Assembly: GCF_963506605.1 (NCBI RefSeq)
Contig: NC_083278.1
Coordinates: 59,892,001 to 59,956,000 of the forward strand
Length of the DNA stretch: 64,000 nucleotides
Origin: Zootoca vivipara
Taxonomy: Eukaryota
Reading direction: 5' to 3'
In this document: positions 52,146 to 63,178 of the stretch, in pieces
Layout: every line of letters begins with the position of its first letter
Numbering within the stretch: position 1 is the stretch's first letter
Made by a program: the position numbers and the translations under genes
Notes under the pieces: generated by a model
The model's input: only the letters and a program-made list of their open reading frames with translations
What the model was told of the DNA's origin: nothing
Database searches by the model: none

Positions 52146-52613
52146 TATCATCAGTGCAGGTAAGATTTTTATTTTATTTTAATTATAATCATCTACAATA
52201 CTGTCTTATTTATTTTATAGTACAGTACATTGAATACTGCTTTCATTTTACGGATCAATGGTCTTGTTAGATAGTAAAATTCATGTTAAATCACTGTTTT
52301 AGGGGTTGTTTTTAAAAGTCTGGAACAGATGAATCCATTTTGCATTACTTTCTATGGGAAAGCACACCTTGGTTTTGGAACGCTTTGGTTTTGGAATAAC
52401 TTCTGTAAAGGATTCAGTCTGAGAACCACTGTAATGCATGGGTAAGGTTTAAGAAAATATGGATCCTAAGGGGCAGGTTACATCTTCCATATTTTGTAAT
52501 GCATTGGTAATGCTTAAGACCAAAGTATATGTGACACTTTGTTGCACAAAAGTTCATCCCTGACCTTTTTGTTTTATAATGTCCAGCTGCAAAGTGGAAA
52601 GAGGTCCGGACTT

Positions 52614-52693
52614 GGAAGACAGGAGTGCTTGGCGTGCTCTGGTCCATGGGGTCACGAAGAGTCAGACACGACTAAATGACTAAACAACAACAA
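52614..52693 (+). mobile_element. Bov-B 3' terminal fragment
   Basis: 'ggaagacaggagtgcttggcgtgctctggtccatggggtcacgaagagtcagacacgactaaatgactaaacaacaac' matches the 3' end of the 57680 copy. Confidence 0.88.
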
Positions 52694-55600
52694 GAAGTGC
52701 CATCTTCCCACTAAAAACGGTTCTGGAAGCTCCTTGCCAGCCAACAAGTGCTTTCAGTCAAGTGTTTATTGTGGGATCAGTACTCCTCCTCCATTAAGGG
52801 TTTATTTTGAAGGATCCGCATAAAGTTGTTGACATCAAAATGCCAGCCCACAATTTAATCTGAATCCACCCATTCCAGGGAAAGTCCAGTAAGGAAAACA
52901 AACCTGATGCCAGTGACGCATTTGTGATATCTCAATGACCTGTTTGCAAATGAACTCTCTGTCTGAAGGCTTCCCATCCCCATATCTTTGTGGGACAAAG
53001 AACAGCTTGGGGAGGGCTGATTTAAATGGAAAAGCAGAACCAAGGGAAGAGGTGAACACCCTCCTCCAAGACTGCATTTTGTAAAACAAAAGGAAATAAA
53101 GCTGAGGATCAGCCAAATGTAACTGAGGCTCATATATAATCTGGCTCCTAGTGATACGGAATCATTTCACACAATGAAACCCAGAAAGACCAGTCCACTA
53201 GTTTTGATTCTTCTTTTTTTTAAAAATTCCCCCTCTCTGGGAAATAGTGTTCAATTCTTCTGAAAGATACTCATTTTTTAAGGTGGCTTTCAATTAGTAG
53301 GAATTGTGAAATGATTCCTGTTTCCCACAGGAAGAAGTTACTTTCCCATCCTTTTGCTTCCACTGTTTTGGAACGGATTGCATAAGTCCAGTTAGCATGT
53401 TGCCTGTTAATCTTTCTATGTCTTGCTGTGCCCTCTGGTCAAAATCATTTAAAAGTTTTTCCTGGTGCTTTAGAGCTGCATTCTGGAAAAGCCAAACCTT
53501 AAAGAGTGTGACTGGCTGTGCTTCAACTGATGCCTGTTCCATCGCATAGGAGCATGAATGCGCATGCACGCATACAATTCTAAAGAATGGCTTTATAACC
53601 CTGGACTAGTCACACTTTGATTGTTGCATCCTCCCTCTTGCAGGAGCATGAAGACTATACTCATGCACACACTCAATCATCCCCCCCACTCCACCCCCCC
53701 CCCCAGTTGAAAGAATGGCTTTAGAACACTGGAATTACTCACTTAGGCCTGAAAAGGGGATGGCCAAGGAATAAATCCCCTGGAAGCATATGCTTCCAGG
53801 ACCAATTAGAGTTGGATGGCCAGGAGGGCTGTTTAGCCTGGGACCTTGAGCTCAAAGCAGTGGTCGACTTTGGCATCTCAAATATCAGTGGCACACCCCC
53901 CTCCGCCTCCTGCCTTCCATTGGATGTCATTGTTATTAATTTTTTGGCATTTGATAAGTTTCCCAACTTGTTTTTATGTGCATCGGACTGAACTGTGACA
54001 TATTCATTCAGCTTAGCGCTGCTGATTTAAACAACTTTAGAGATGTGATTTGGTAAAAGACTTATATAGATATTGCCATTTGTATGAAAGCAATATTTTT
54101 CCTCAGTAGTTAGTGCATGTACATAGAAAAAGGTGGGGAAGTGTTTGTTAATAATTAAAAAGAATATTAATTTTTTGCCTCCCCCCCCTCTCTGGTGTCT
54201 TATTTTGCCTTTTTGTGTTGTGTTTATTTTTATTGTGGCAATTAGGGCAATCAGGGCTGAACCCTACCAATCAAAATGTCAAGCAATTTTTTAAAAACCC
54301 AAAATCTCAAAGCCACACTCTCTTCTGTTCCATACATTCTTCCACAATCCATTTGGATTTAAGAGTTGCTGCTCCTGGAGAAATTTCTGTCAGTCTCTCA
54401 TCCTCTGTCTCAATCCAAAAGTATTGCCATAGCTGAGGGAGCCAAAATAGCTGTTCTGAGCAAGCTCAGAGCTGTTTGTCTGCTTTTACAATACTGGATT
54501 CATTGGGTCCAAAAGGGACAGCTGTTGTTCAGAAAACAGAGTGAAGAGGCTTCATCCAACCCAAAGCAGACCACTACATCCCCAATACGTTTGTACTGTT
54601 ATCAAGCAATGAATAACCACATCTGAGTGGTGTCAAGGAAGAAGGTTATCTATTGCTCCAGACAAATAATAATTTGCAGCTAGCCAGAACAAGGTGATTT
54701 CTTGGAATGGTGATGAAAAGATAAAATCATACCATGCTGTAGAAGTATGCAAACAGTACTAAAGGGTTTTTTTGGGTGAAAAAATCCAACAGCCTGCTGT
54801 TTTGGAACTAGTTTTAACACTAGGAAGACTAAATGGTTTTAAATGTTCACTAGAGAAAAGGACTCTTCAAACAACTAAGTTCATGTTTTGAAAAATGCAA
54901 AGGGTTTGATGAATGAAGCCCTTTGGCCTTGATAGGCATCAAATGTAGGGGGCCTGACCTGTTAGAAAAAACAGGAAATGGGAATGAAATATATTTTTAA
55001 AAGCTATTTTTTCCTGCAGAAAACAAACAACATCCAGAGTTGTGATACAGTCGTTGAAACTGGAGACTGAAGCTATTCAAGTTGGACTTTTACTTAAGGA
55101 TACCTATATGAGAATTGAGAAATGTACGGTATCTTTACAACTTGATGGATGATTGCTTGTGCAAGCCAAGCCTTTCTTCATATAGACCTCTAGCATAGTT
55201 GTCTTTGTAAGAAGAAAATACTGAGTGGAGGAGCTAGCATGATGGCAAAGAGACTGGGCAGAGAACCTCTTTTTTTCTGTGGCCATTCCGAATCAAGAGT
55301 TGAATCCTTCAAGTAAAGAGTCAAATAAATGTTCTAACAACTGCCACTTCAGTGAGTCAAACTAAGATGTACAGGTGGGACCTGCAACAAAATGTTACCT
55401 GTCCCATTCCAGTCAGCCAACTATGTCTTTCTCCAGGATGTTCATGTCATTCCTCTTCTCATCTGTTTTTTCCATTTTCCCTTAACCATGGCCACATCCA
55501 CAGTTATGCCTTCTAACAATGTATCATGGAATCTGTAAAGGGTGCTGAGAATTGTTCAGAGGCCCCTAATCCATCACAGAGATATAAATCTCAGAGCGCA

Positions 55601-57390
55601 ATTGTAGCTCTCTGAGGGGAATAGAGAGCCCCCAGAGAGCTACAATTTTCAGAGTTTCCTGGGAAGAAGGATTGATTGTTAAATCTTTCTGGTTTCAATA
55701 AACTTGCACATCATGTGTAGTTATTAGAAATGTGCATTATCTGCTTCTATCTGTAATCCTTCTCCTGGGGTGCTCTGTATTAAATGAAGTTCTGTGTTCC
55801 CCCATTTTCTATAATGCGGTGTCTAAAAATGCCTATAACTTTTTCTTCTTTTGGCCAAAGTGGATAAAATTTACAGGTGCTGGAGCTCCTCCAGACTGGA
55901 TTAAGTCTGCCAAATTGTATACAAATTGGTCCAGGAGCTATTCTTGGAGGTAGGCAAAAGCAATTCACTTTCCTCCACAATCATGAATGAGGGTGGTGGT
56001 GGAGATATTGTCTCTTTTGTACCTTAAGATACCGGTAATTATGAGGTGGCTGGCCAAGTAGTGTATATTCTTGTTTGGTTTTTAAAACTCCACCTTTCTT
56101 TCTGGTGGCTATTTGTGTCCTCCAATAGGCTGGACAGTCCTCTCAATAGGCATTTACAGGTCTCTGATAAACCTTAGAACCTGAGGCTGTCTGTGGAATT
56201 CTGAAGAACTCTTTGCAGTTGTTCTGTTGTTAAATCATAATAAAAATAATAATTACTATAACAGCTTTCACAAGCCATAGAAGCCTGGGTAAAGAGAAAT
56301 GTTCTTGCCTGGATCTTAAACACAGTTCGATATAGGTAAATATAGAACTCTAAAGGCACATTAAAGCACAGAAAGAGAGCAATAGAGCACTGTGATTTTG
56401 TGTCTCTCCATTCAACTTGGTTTTTTAAAAGCTGACATTGTCCTTTCGCTAGTGGGTGGAGGGGAGACCTCCCCACAAAGCACCCAAATTCAACTTGTTC
56501 TTCAGCCCACGCACAGAGGCAATGCACACCCCTAGTATTGATCTCCCAAGCCTGGAATTCTGTCCATACTTACTTGGGAATAGCAGGACTTATTTCTGAT
56601 TGGGTAGCATGAAAAATAGTTCAGCTTCAACTCATGGATCTTTTACTGCATGTGTATAGTATGTCGCATAAAGCCATGAAGCGTAGGAGAAAAGGTGAAG
56701 ATGCTAAGCACACCATAGTCCTGATTTTATCTGGTTCATGATTCCATTCTTACGTTGATATATAATGCTATTGATTTAAGTCTTCCTATATTGGCATGCA
56801 ACTAAAGTGGGACAGTGGTTTTCTATTTGACATGCATTTCGACTTTCCCCATTATTGCTGTACCTGAGCATCTTCCAACAGTGCATTAAGCAAAGAGACT
56901 AACATCTGTCACATCTGGCTCATTTCCTCTCGCATCCTTTCCCCAGAGGAAGATTGCGGATACTGTGTAGTAATGATCTCTTTGGTAGACTGATCTTCAC
57001 AGTACTAAGCATCACTCTGTCCAAATGTTGCTAGGTTTGTGGCCCATTATATTTTTTAAAGAGAGATTTCCTAGTTTCTTTCAGGAAATGCATCTTGGAA
57101 ATGGCTTTTCTGGAAGTGCTCTAAAGAAAAGCATTTTGTCACTGGGCTGGAATGGATGATACTTACCCCCCCCCCCCCCAGTCTGTGTCATTGTGGGGTT
57201 CGGAGTGTGAGGGTGTTTTTGCTCCCTGTTGGTGAGCCAGCCTTACTGCACTTGTCTGTCTGCAAGGCATGGGCATAAAATTCAGCTTACTTAGGCCAAA
57301 ACTGCATGGTCAAGAAAATAAGCGAATAAATATGGGAACCGGTGCTGTGAATTCAGTCTATACACATTGAATTTTACATGCGATTCCAAC

Positions 57391-57583
57391 CAGGGCCGTC
57401 TTAAGCGGGTCGGGCGCCGTGGTGCGTGGATCGCTCCGGCGCCCCCACCTCGTTTCTTCCCGCGGCTGGTGGGCGGGCGCAGCGTGCAGCGTGGTTTCCG
57501 CGCGGCTTCGCCGTGCAGCGCCCCCTGTCAACCCAGCGCCCTGGTGCCCTGTGCCACCCAGGTTACCCCTAGAGCTGACCCTG
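57391..57583 (+). mobile_element. GC-rich hAT MITE (CAGGGCCGTC family)
   Basis: CAGGGCCGTCTT ... AGAGCTGACCCTG with perfect TSD ATTCCAAC (57383-57390 / 57584-57591). Confidence 0.9.
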
Positions 57584-57679
57584 ATTCCAACATACTGTCT
57601 CTGCATGGATGGTCTACGGTGGCAGAGATCATGCCAGGACAGCTGATGGAGAGGTGCACCTTTGCATTCAGTGGGGCAT

Positions 57680-59268
57680 GTTGTTGTTGTTTAGTCGTTT
57701 AGTCGTGTCCGACTCTTCGTGACCCCATGGACCATAGCACGCCAGGCACTCCTGTCTTCCACTGCCTCCCGTAGTTTGGTCAAACTCATGTTCGTAGCTT
57801 CGAGAACACTGTCCAACCATCTTGTCCTCTGTCGTCCCCTTCTCCTAGTGCCCTCAATCTTTCCCAACATCAGGGTCTTTTCCAAGGATTCTTCTCTTCT
57901 CATGAGGTGGCCAAAGTATTGGAGCCTCAGCTTCACGATCTGTCCTTCCAGGGAGCACTCAGGGCTGATTTCCTGAAGAATGGATAGGTTTGATCTTCTA
58001 GCAGTCCATGGGACTCTCAAGAGTCTCCTCCAGCACCATAATTCAAAAGCATCAATTCTTTGGCGATCAGCCTTCTTTATGGTCCAGCTCTCACTTCCAT
58101 ACATCACTACTGGGAAAACCATAGCTTTAACTATACGGACCTTTGTCGGCAAAGTGATGTCTCTGCTTTTTAAGATGCTGTCTAGGTTTGTCATTGCTTT
58201 TCTCCCAAGAAGCAGGCGTCTTTTAATTTCGTGACTGCTGTCACCATCTGCAGTGATCAAGGAGCCCAAGAAAGTAAAATCTCTCACTGCCTCCATTTCT
58301 TCCCCTTCTATTTGCCAGGAGGTGATGGGACCAGTGGCCATGATCTTGGTTTTTTTGATGTTGAGCTTCAGACCATATTTTGCGCTCTCCTCTTTCACCC
58401 TCATTAAAAGGTTCTTTAATTCCTCCTCACTTTCTGCCATCAAGGTTGTGTCATCTGCATATCTGAGGTTGTTGATATTTCTTAATCAATCTTAATTCCT
58501 GCTTGGGATTCATCTAGTCCAGCCTTTCGCATGATGAATTCTGCATATAAGTTAAATAAGCAGGGAGACAATATACAACCTTGTCGTACTCCTTTCCCAA
58601 TTTTGAACCAATCAGTTGTTCCATATCCAGTTCTAACTGTAGCTTCTTGTCCCACATAGAGATTTCTCAGGAGACAGATGAGGTGATCAGGCACTCCCAT
58701 TTCTTTAAGAACTTGCCATAGTTTGCTGTGGTCGACACAGTCAAAGGCTTTTGCATAGTCAATGAAGCAGAAGTAGACGTTTTTCTGGAACTCTCTAGCT
58801 TTCTCCATAATCCAGCGCATGTTTGCTATTTGGTCTCTGGTTCCTCTGCCCTTTCGAAATCCAGTTTACACTTCTGGGAGTTCTCGGTCCACATACTGCC
58901 TAAGCCTGCCTTGTAGAATTTTAAGCATAACCTTGCTAGCGTGTGAAATGAGGGCAATTGTGCGGTAGTTGGAGCATTCTTTGGCACTGCCCTTCTTTGG
59001 AATTGGGATGTAGACTGATCTTCTCCAATCCTCTGGCCATTGCTGAGTTTTCCAAACTTGCTGGCATATTGGGTGTAGCACCTTAACAGCATCATCTTTT
59101 AAAATTTTAAATAGTTCAGCTGGAATACCATCACTTCCACTGGCCTTGTTATTAGCAGTGCTTTCTAAGGCCCATTTGACTTCACTCTCCAAGATGTCTG
59201 GCTCAAGGTCAGCAACCACACTACCTGGGGTGTACGAGACCTCCATATCTTTCTGGTATAATTCCTCT
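57680..59268 (-). mobile_element. Bov-B (RTE) LINE, 5'-truncated, ~1.6 kb
   Basis: RT motifs NYRTIALISHASKVMLKIL, FCFIDYAKAFDCVDH, GVRQGCILSPCLFN, LRYADD and FELWCWRRLLRVPW; (CAA)n tail; TSD GTGGGGCAT (57671-57679 / 59269-59277). Confidence 0.96.
57691..59246 (-). pseudogene. Bov-B reverse transcriptase coding remnant (one nonsense codon, one frameshift)
   Basis: ORFs 58866-59246 and 58482-58820 share a frame and are split by a TAA at 58866-58868. A frameshift near 58485 (GIKI/RNINN) joins them to ORF 57691-58443. Confidence 0.9.
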
Positions 59269-59535
59269 GTGGGGCATATATGGGATAACTATAATCTGAA
59301 TAGTCACAAATAATATATTGGTTTTAGTGGTAATAAAGACTCTGAAATAGGTGAGTGACATATCTCCACACAGATCTATGTAGGCCTGCAGTGCTATTTA
59401 GGATTCATCTCTAAAACCTCAGCATTATGCTAGTTAAAGCTTTTCTACCCGTGGCACCACAGTGCCTGATGCAACTTATTCCCATTGCCCATTCTTGCTA
59501 CATTGCTAGGACTGGTATTAGGCATTGCAGTAGGC

Positions 59536-59671
59536 CAGGCTTCCTCAGCCTAGGTCCCCCAGATGTTTTTGGCCTATAACTCCCATGATCCCTAGCTAGC
59601 AGGACCAGTGGCCAGGGATGATGGGAATTGTAGTCTCAAAACATCTGGAGGGCCGAGGTTGAGGAAACCTG
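59536..59671. mobile_element. 136-bp palindromic hAT MITE
   Basis: Same family as 12813; TSD CAGTAGGC (59528-59535 / 59672-59679). Confidence 0.9.
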
Positions 59672-60014
59672 CAGTAGGCCTTCCGGAACCTATGAATAAT
59701 GCCATGAGAATGTGTAGAAGCATCTATAGATGTTGGGAACCATGGGAGCAAGACATTGATGCATGCTGCCACAGCAGCATCTGGGGCCATATGGATGCTC
59801 CATTGCAGTGTGCCTCATGAGCCCTTCCTGCAGGAGGAGGCAGTCAGAAGGGCTTTTGTTGAATGCTATGTAAGAACCCAATGACGTAGTCCAAACCAAA
59901 TATCCCTCACATTATGCTAAAGAATTTTTTTTACCTGTGCTCTGCAATGTGCTTTTGTGATGATTTGCCAACCATTGCATCCTAATTGAAACAACTTTAT
60001 TGGATGGCTAGTAT

Positions 60015-60104
60015 CATAGCTGCCAAGTTTTCGCTTTTCTTGCGAGGAAGCCTATTCAGCATAAGGGAAAATCCCTGTAAAAAAGGGATAACTTGGCAGC
60101 TATG
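60015..60104 (+). mobile_element. 90-bp hAT MITE, copy 3
   Basis: TIR CATAGCTGCCAAGTT and TSD GCTAGTAT. Confidence 0.92.
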
Positions 60105-60273
60105 GCTAGTATATAAACGTAATAAACAAATAAACTGATTTATTTCTGGGACTTACTCCTGATTAAGAATGTGTAGGATTGGTCTGTCATTCATCTTTGG
60201 TTCAGAAGCTTCTCAGCAATTGGGGGAAACAACATCCTTAAGGCAGTAAAGGAAATGATCTAGCCAGTCCCAG

Positions 60274-60363
60274 CATAGCTGCCAAGTTTTCCCTTTTCTC
60301 GCGAGGAAGCCTATTCAGCATAATGGAAAATCCCTGAAAAAAAGGGATAACTTGGCAGCTATG
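60274..60363 (+). mobile_element. 90-bp hAT MITE, copy 4
   Basis: TIR CATAGCTGCCAAGTT and TSD AGTCCCAG. Confidence 0.92.
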
Positions 60364-61426
60364 AGTCCCAGGCCTGTGCCATGATTTGACCGGGTTTTGT
60401 TGTTGTAAAAATGGCAGGTCTACCATCACGTATCTCCCTCCCTCCCTCCCTCCCTCCCTCTGTGTTGCCTCTGTAGCAGCAGCACAGTTGTTACCATTCA
60501 CTGCCCAAACACTGCTCTGTAAAGTAGCATTCTCCATTAGGGTGTTTATGACTATGTTACAAAGAGCATAGTTGGCTTAACAGATTGCTGAAGAACTTGA
60601 CTGTTTCATTTACCCAAAACAAGGCTAAAGCGGATCCTGTTGCACACAAAGGAGACTTTCTAGATAACACTGGCCACAGCACTTCGTATACTGAAAACGG
60701 GAAAGGGTCCAACATTGGCAGGAGCTCTCTAATCTGCCACAAGAGCGAGAATTTTCATTATCCTTCACATCTCTCATAGACTTTGCTTTGGAAGTCTTAT
60801 GCAAGCAGCCATGCAGTGGAACGATTGTATTCTTAATGATTTCAAAGATGTGGATGTTTTTTTCTCCAGTGTTTGACCTATTTTGCCACTCATGCATTAT
60901 ACATATTGGGGAAAGCTGTACTCATAAGGCATAGTCATTAGAGCTTAAAGTGAATCACTCTACTTCTTGCCCTCCCTCTTTTTCTCCCTGTGCAAAATCT
61001 AACATTTAAAAACTGCCTGAATCAGTTTATTTCTCCCCTCTTCCCTTTTTATGTCTTCATGCACTTTCCCCAGTGCTCTTCTTGGGAGCCTTGTATTTTG
61101 AATAAAACAAATTAAGAGACAGTAACAGTTATTATTCGTATGGACATACATACAGTATAATTAAAAAGATTCTTACTTTGAGGAATTTTGCTGAGGATTA
61201 CATTTTCTTTCCTAAATTAATTGCATGGCATGGATACATATGCTCCCTTCAGACCAGGAGCTGGCATACGATTACCCAACCCATGTCATGCAATGTGAAT
61301 GCTTACAATAAATATTTGAAATGAACTATTTTTCACAGCAGCTGAAGCTGGTTCACCTTGGTACACCCTGCACCCCATGAAATATGATTGAGTGTGGGAT
61401 GGTGATTCGTCGAAGTTATCCTAGGA

Positions 61427-61562
61427 CAGGCATAGGTAAACTCAGCCCTCCAGGTGTTTTGGGACTACAACTCCCATCATCCCTGACCACTGGTCCTGTT
61501 AGCTAGGGGTGATGGGAGTTGTAGTCCCAAAACATTTGTAGGGCCGAGTTTGCCTATGCCTG
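61427..61562. mobile_element. 136-bp palindromic hAT MITE
   Basis: CAGGCATAGG ... CCTATGCCTG with degenerate TSD TCCTAGGA / TCATAGGT. Confidence 0.85.
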
Positions 61563-61961
61563 TCATAGGTCATGGCTGACCTTCTCCTTTTTGTAAATTG
61601 AAATTTGCCTCTTTAAGAAATGTACTCTCAGGAATTATGGAGTATGTCTTCTTTAGCATTTTGATGGTAACACATAAACTACTGCAGTCCAAAATTGGTA
61701 CCGGGCTCCAACAGAAAAACTAGCAGAATGGTCAGATTTCTTGCACTCGAGGCTATAGGTTGCTCATAAAATCTTTAGAACAACACATAAAACAATAGAA
61801 ATGCTTTATTTGGCTGTCAAGATTCTCCATCCAGCTTCTCCATCCTCAACATAGCTGCTGCCTCATCATTTTTATAAGTATTGTTTGACTCGGCATCTCC
61901 AGAAGTGAGCCTGGGATTCAGATGAAACCAAAGACCAGCAAGGAGCTAGTGTACGATGGCA

Positions 61962-62015
61962 TATACATACATACATACATACATACATACATACATACAT
62001 ACATACATACATACA
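61962..62015. repeat. (ATAC)n microsatellite
   Basis: Direct read. Confidence 0.95.
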
Positions 62016-63041
62016 CCAGTATATGGAAACCCTTGGTTGGTGGCCACAGACTCTCAAATTTTATATAGTCTTTGGTACAATACCTGCTTATGCTAGTGTG
62101 CCTGGGTAAATTGCTTTCCCTATGACCACCATAATTACATTGAATTCTTTTTTTTGCCAGGTTTTTTTTTCCAACTATGGCTGTATCAGCTTTCTGCTTG
62201 TATCTACTGTACCTGAGGACAAAGGATTTTATCAAAAGAGCCTTTAAAAAAAGTGCTTTGAAATAATCATTCCATATATGTTGGCACAATATTATGCTTA
62301 TTAACCATAATGTTAAATAAGTGAGAAAAGAGACCAAAAAACTGGGAAATCGTCAGCACTTTGGAAATCAATTTAAACAAAACATCCAGTTGAATGTTAA
62401 CTTGAAATTTCAAATTCTAATAATTTATAAGCAAACTACACCTTCCAATAAATCTACTAATGGCTTCTCCTTCTTTACATTTTTAATAATATGTTAGCTT
62501 AGTCAAAAAGACCATCTTCCAGATTTTCAGTCACTATTGCATTGTATCAGGTCGAGTGGGAGATGATCACTGACCTACTGTTACAATTCTTGTTGCTATC
62601 AATAATGCCATTGTAAGATCTAAATTCATTTCATTAACTATTCCTTTTATCAACAGAACCATCTGTGTCAGCCTGTGGGCCTAATTAGGCCTTTCTGGGG
62701 TCCTCATTTTCCCCAAGCTACACCCGCCCCACACCTGACATCATATGCTATGTGCTTAAATGGTACTCTCCATAGTTCCTTGGCAAACCAGGCTTACCGA
62801 TAATGTCAGTCAGCTGATTGACGCTGCCTGCAAGCCCCACTCTGATTGCCTGCCCTGGGGAGTTCCTTATTCCAAAGATGTGATCAGAGAGATAAGGTTC
62901 TGGCCTGGTGGATGGATCCTTAAAATTACATTGCAAAGGGAATATATCCTGGCAAATGATCAGTATTCACACTGAATTCACTCTCTGATAACCCCTTGTA
63001 CACACATATAACACTCTGATAACCAGCTGCATTTGAGCTGA

Positions 63042-63178
63042 TTCTCCATGGTGCTACCTTACATCGCTGAAGTCTGTTTGTGTATACTGTAGTTACAAGG
63101 GTGAGGATAAAGCGAGAAAATTTAGCCCTACCGCCATGGTTGAAATGCCACAATGTCCTGTGGTAGCACCATGGAGAA
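63042..63178. repeat. 17-bp perfect inverted repeat with 103-bp spacer
   Basis: TTCTCCATGGTGCTACC (63042-63058) and GGTAGCACCATGGAGAA (63162-63178). Confidence 0.9.

Larger units (their letters stand above)
51724..52431. mobile_element. Tigger-like element (TA TSD) containing Bov-B and L2 fragments
   Basis: TA|CATTGGTACCTTGGTT ... GAGAACCACTG|TA. Removing it restores a tandem repeat unit matching 52447-52510. Confidence 0.6.

Noticed and set aside
52153-52166. Second CAG|GTAAG junction
   Set aside because: No polypyrimidine tract, and it lies inside a Tigger-like remnant.
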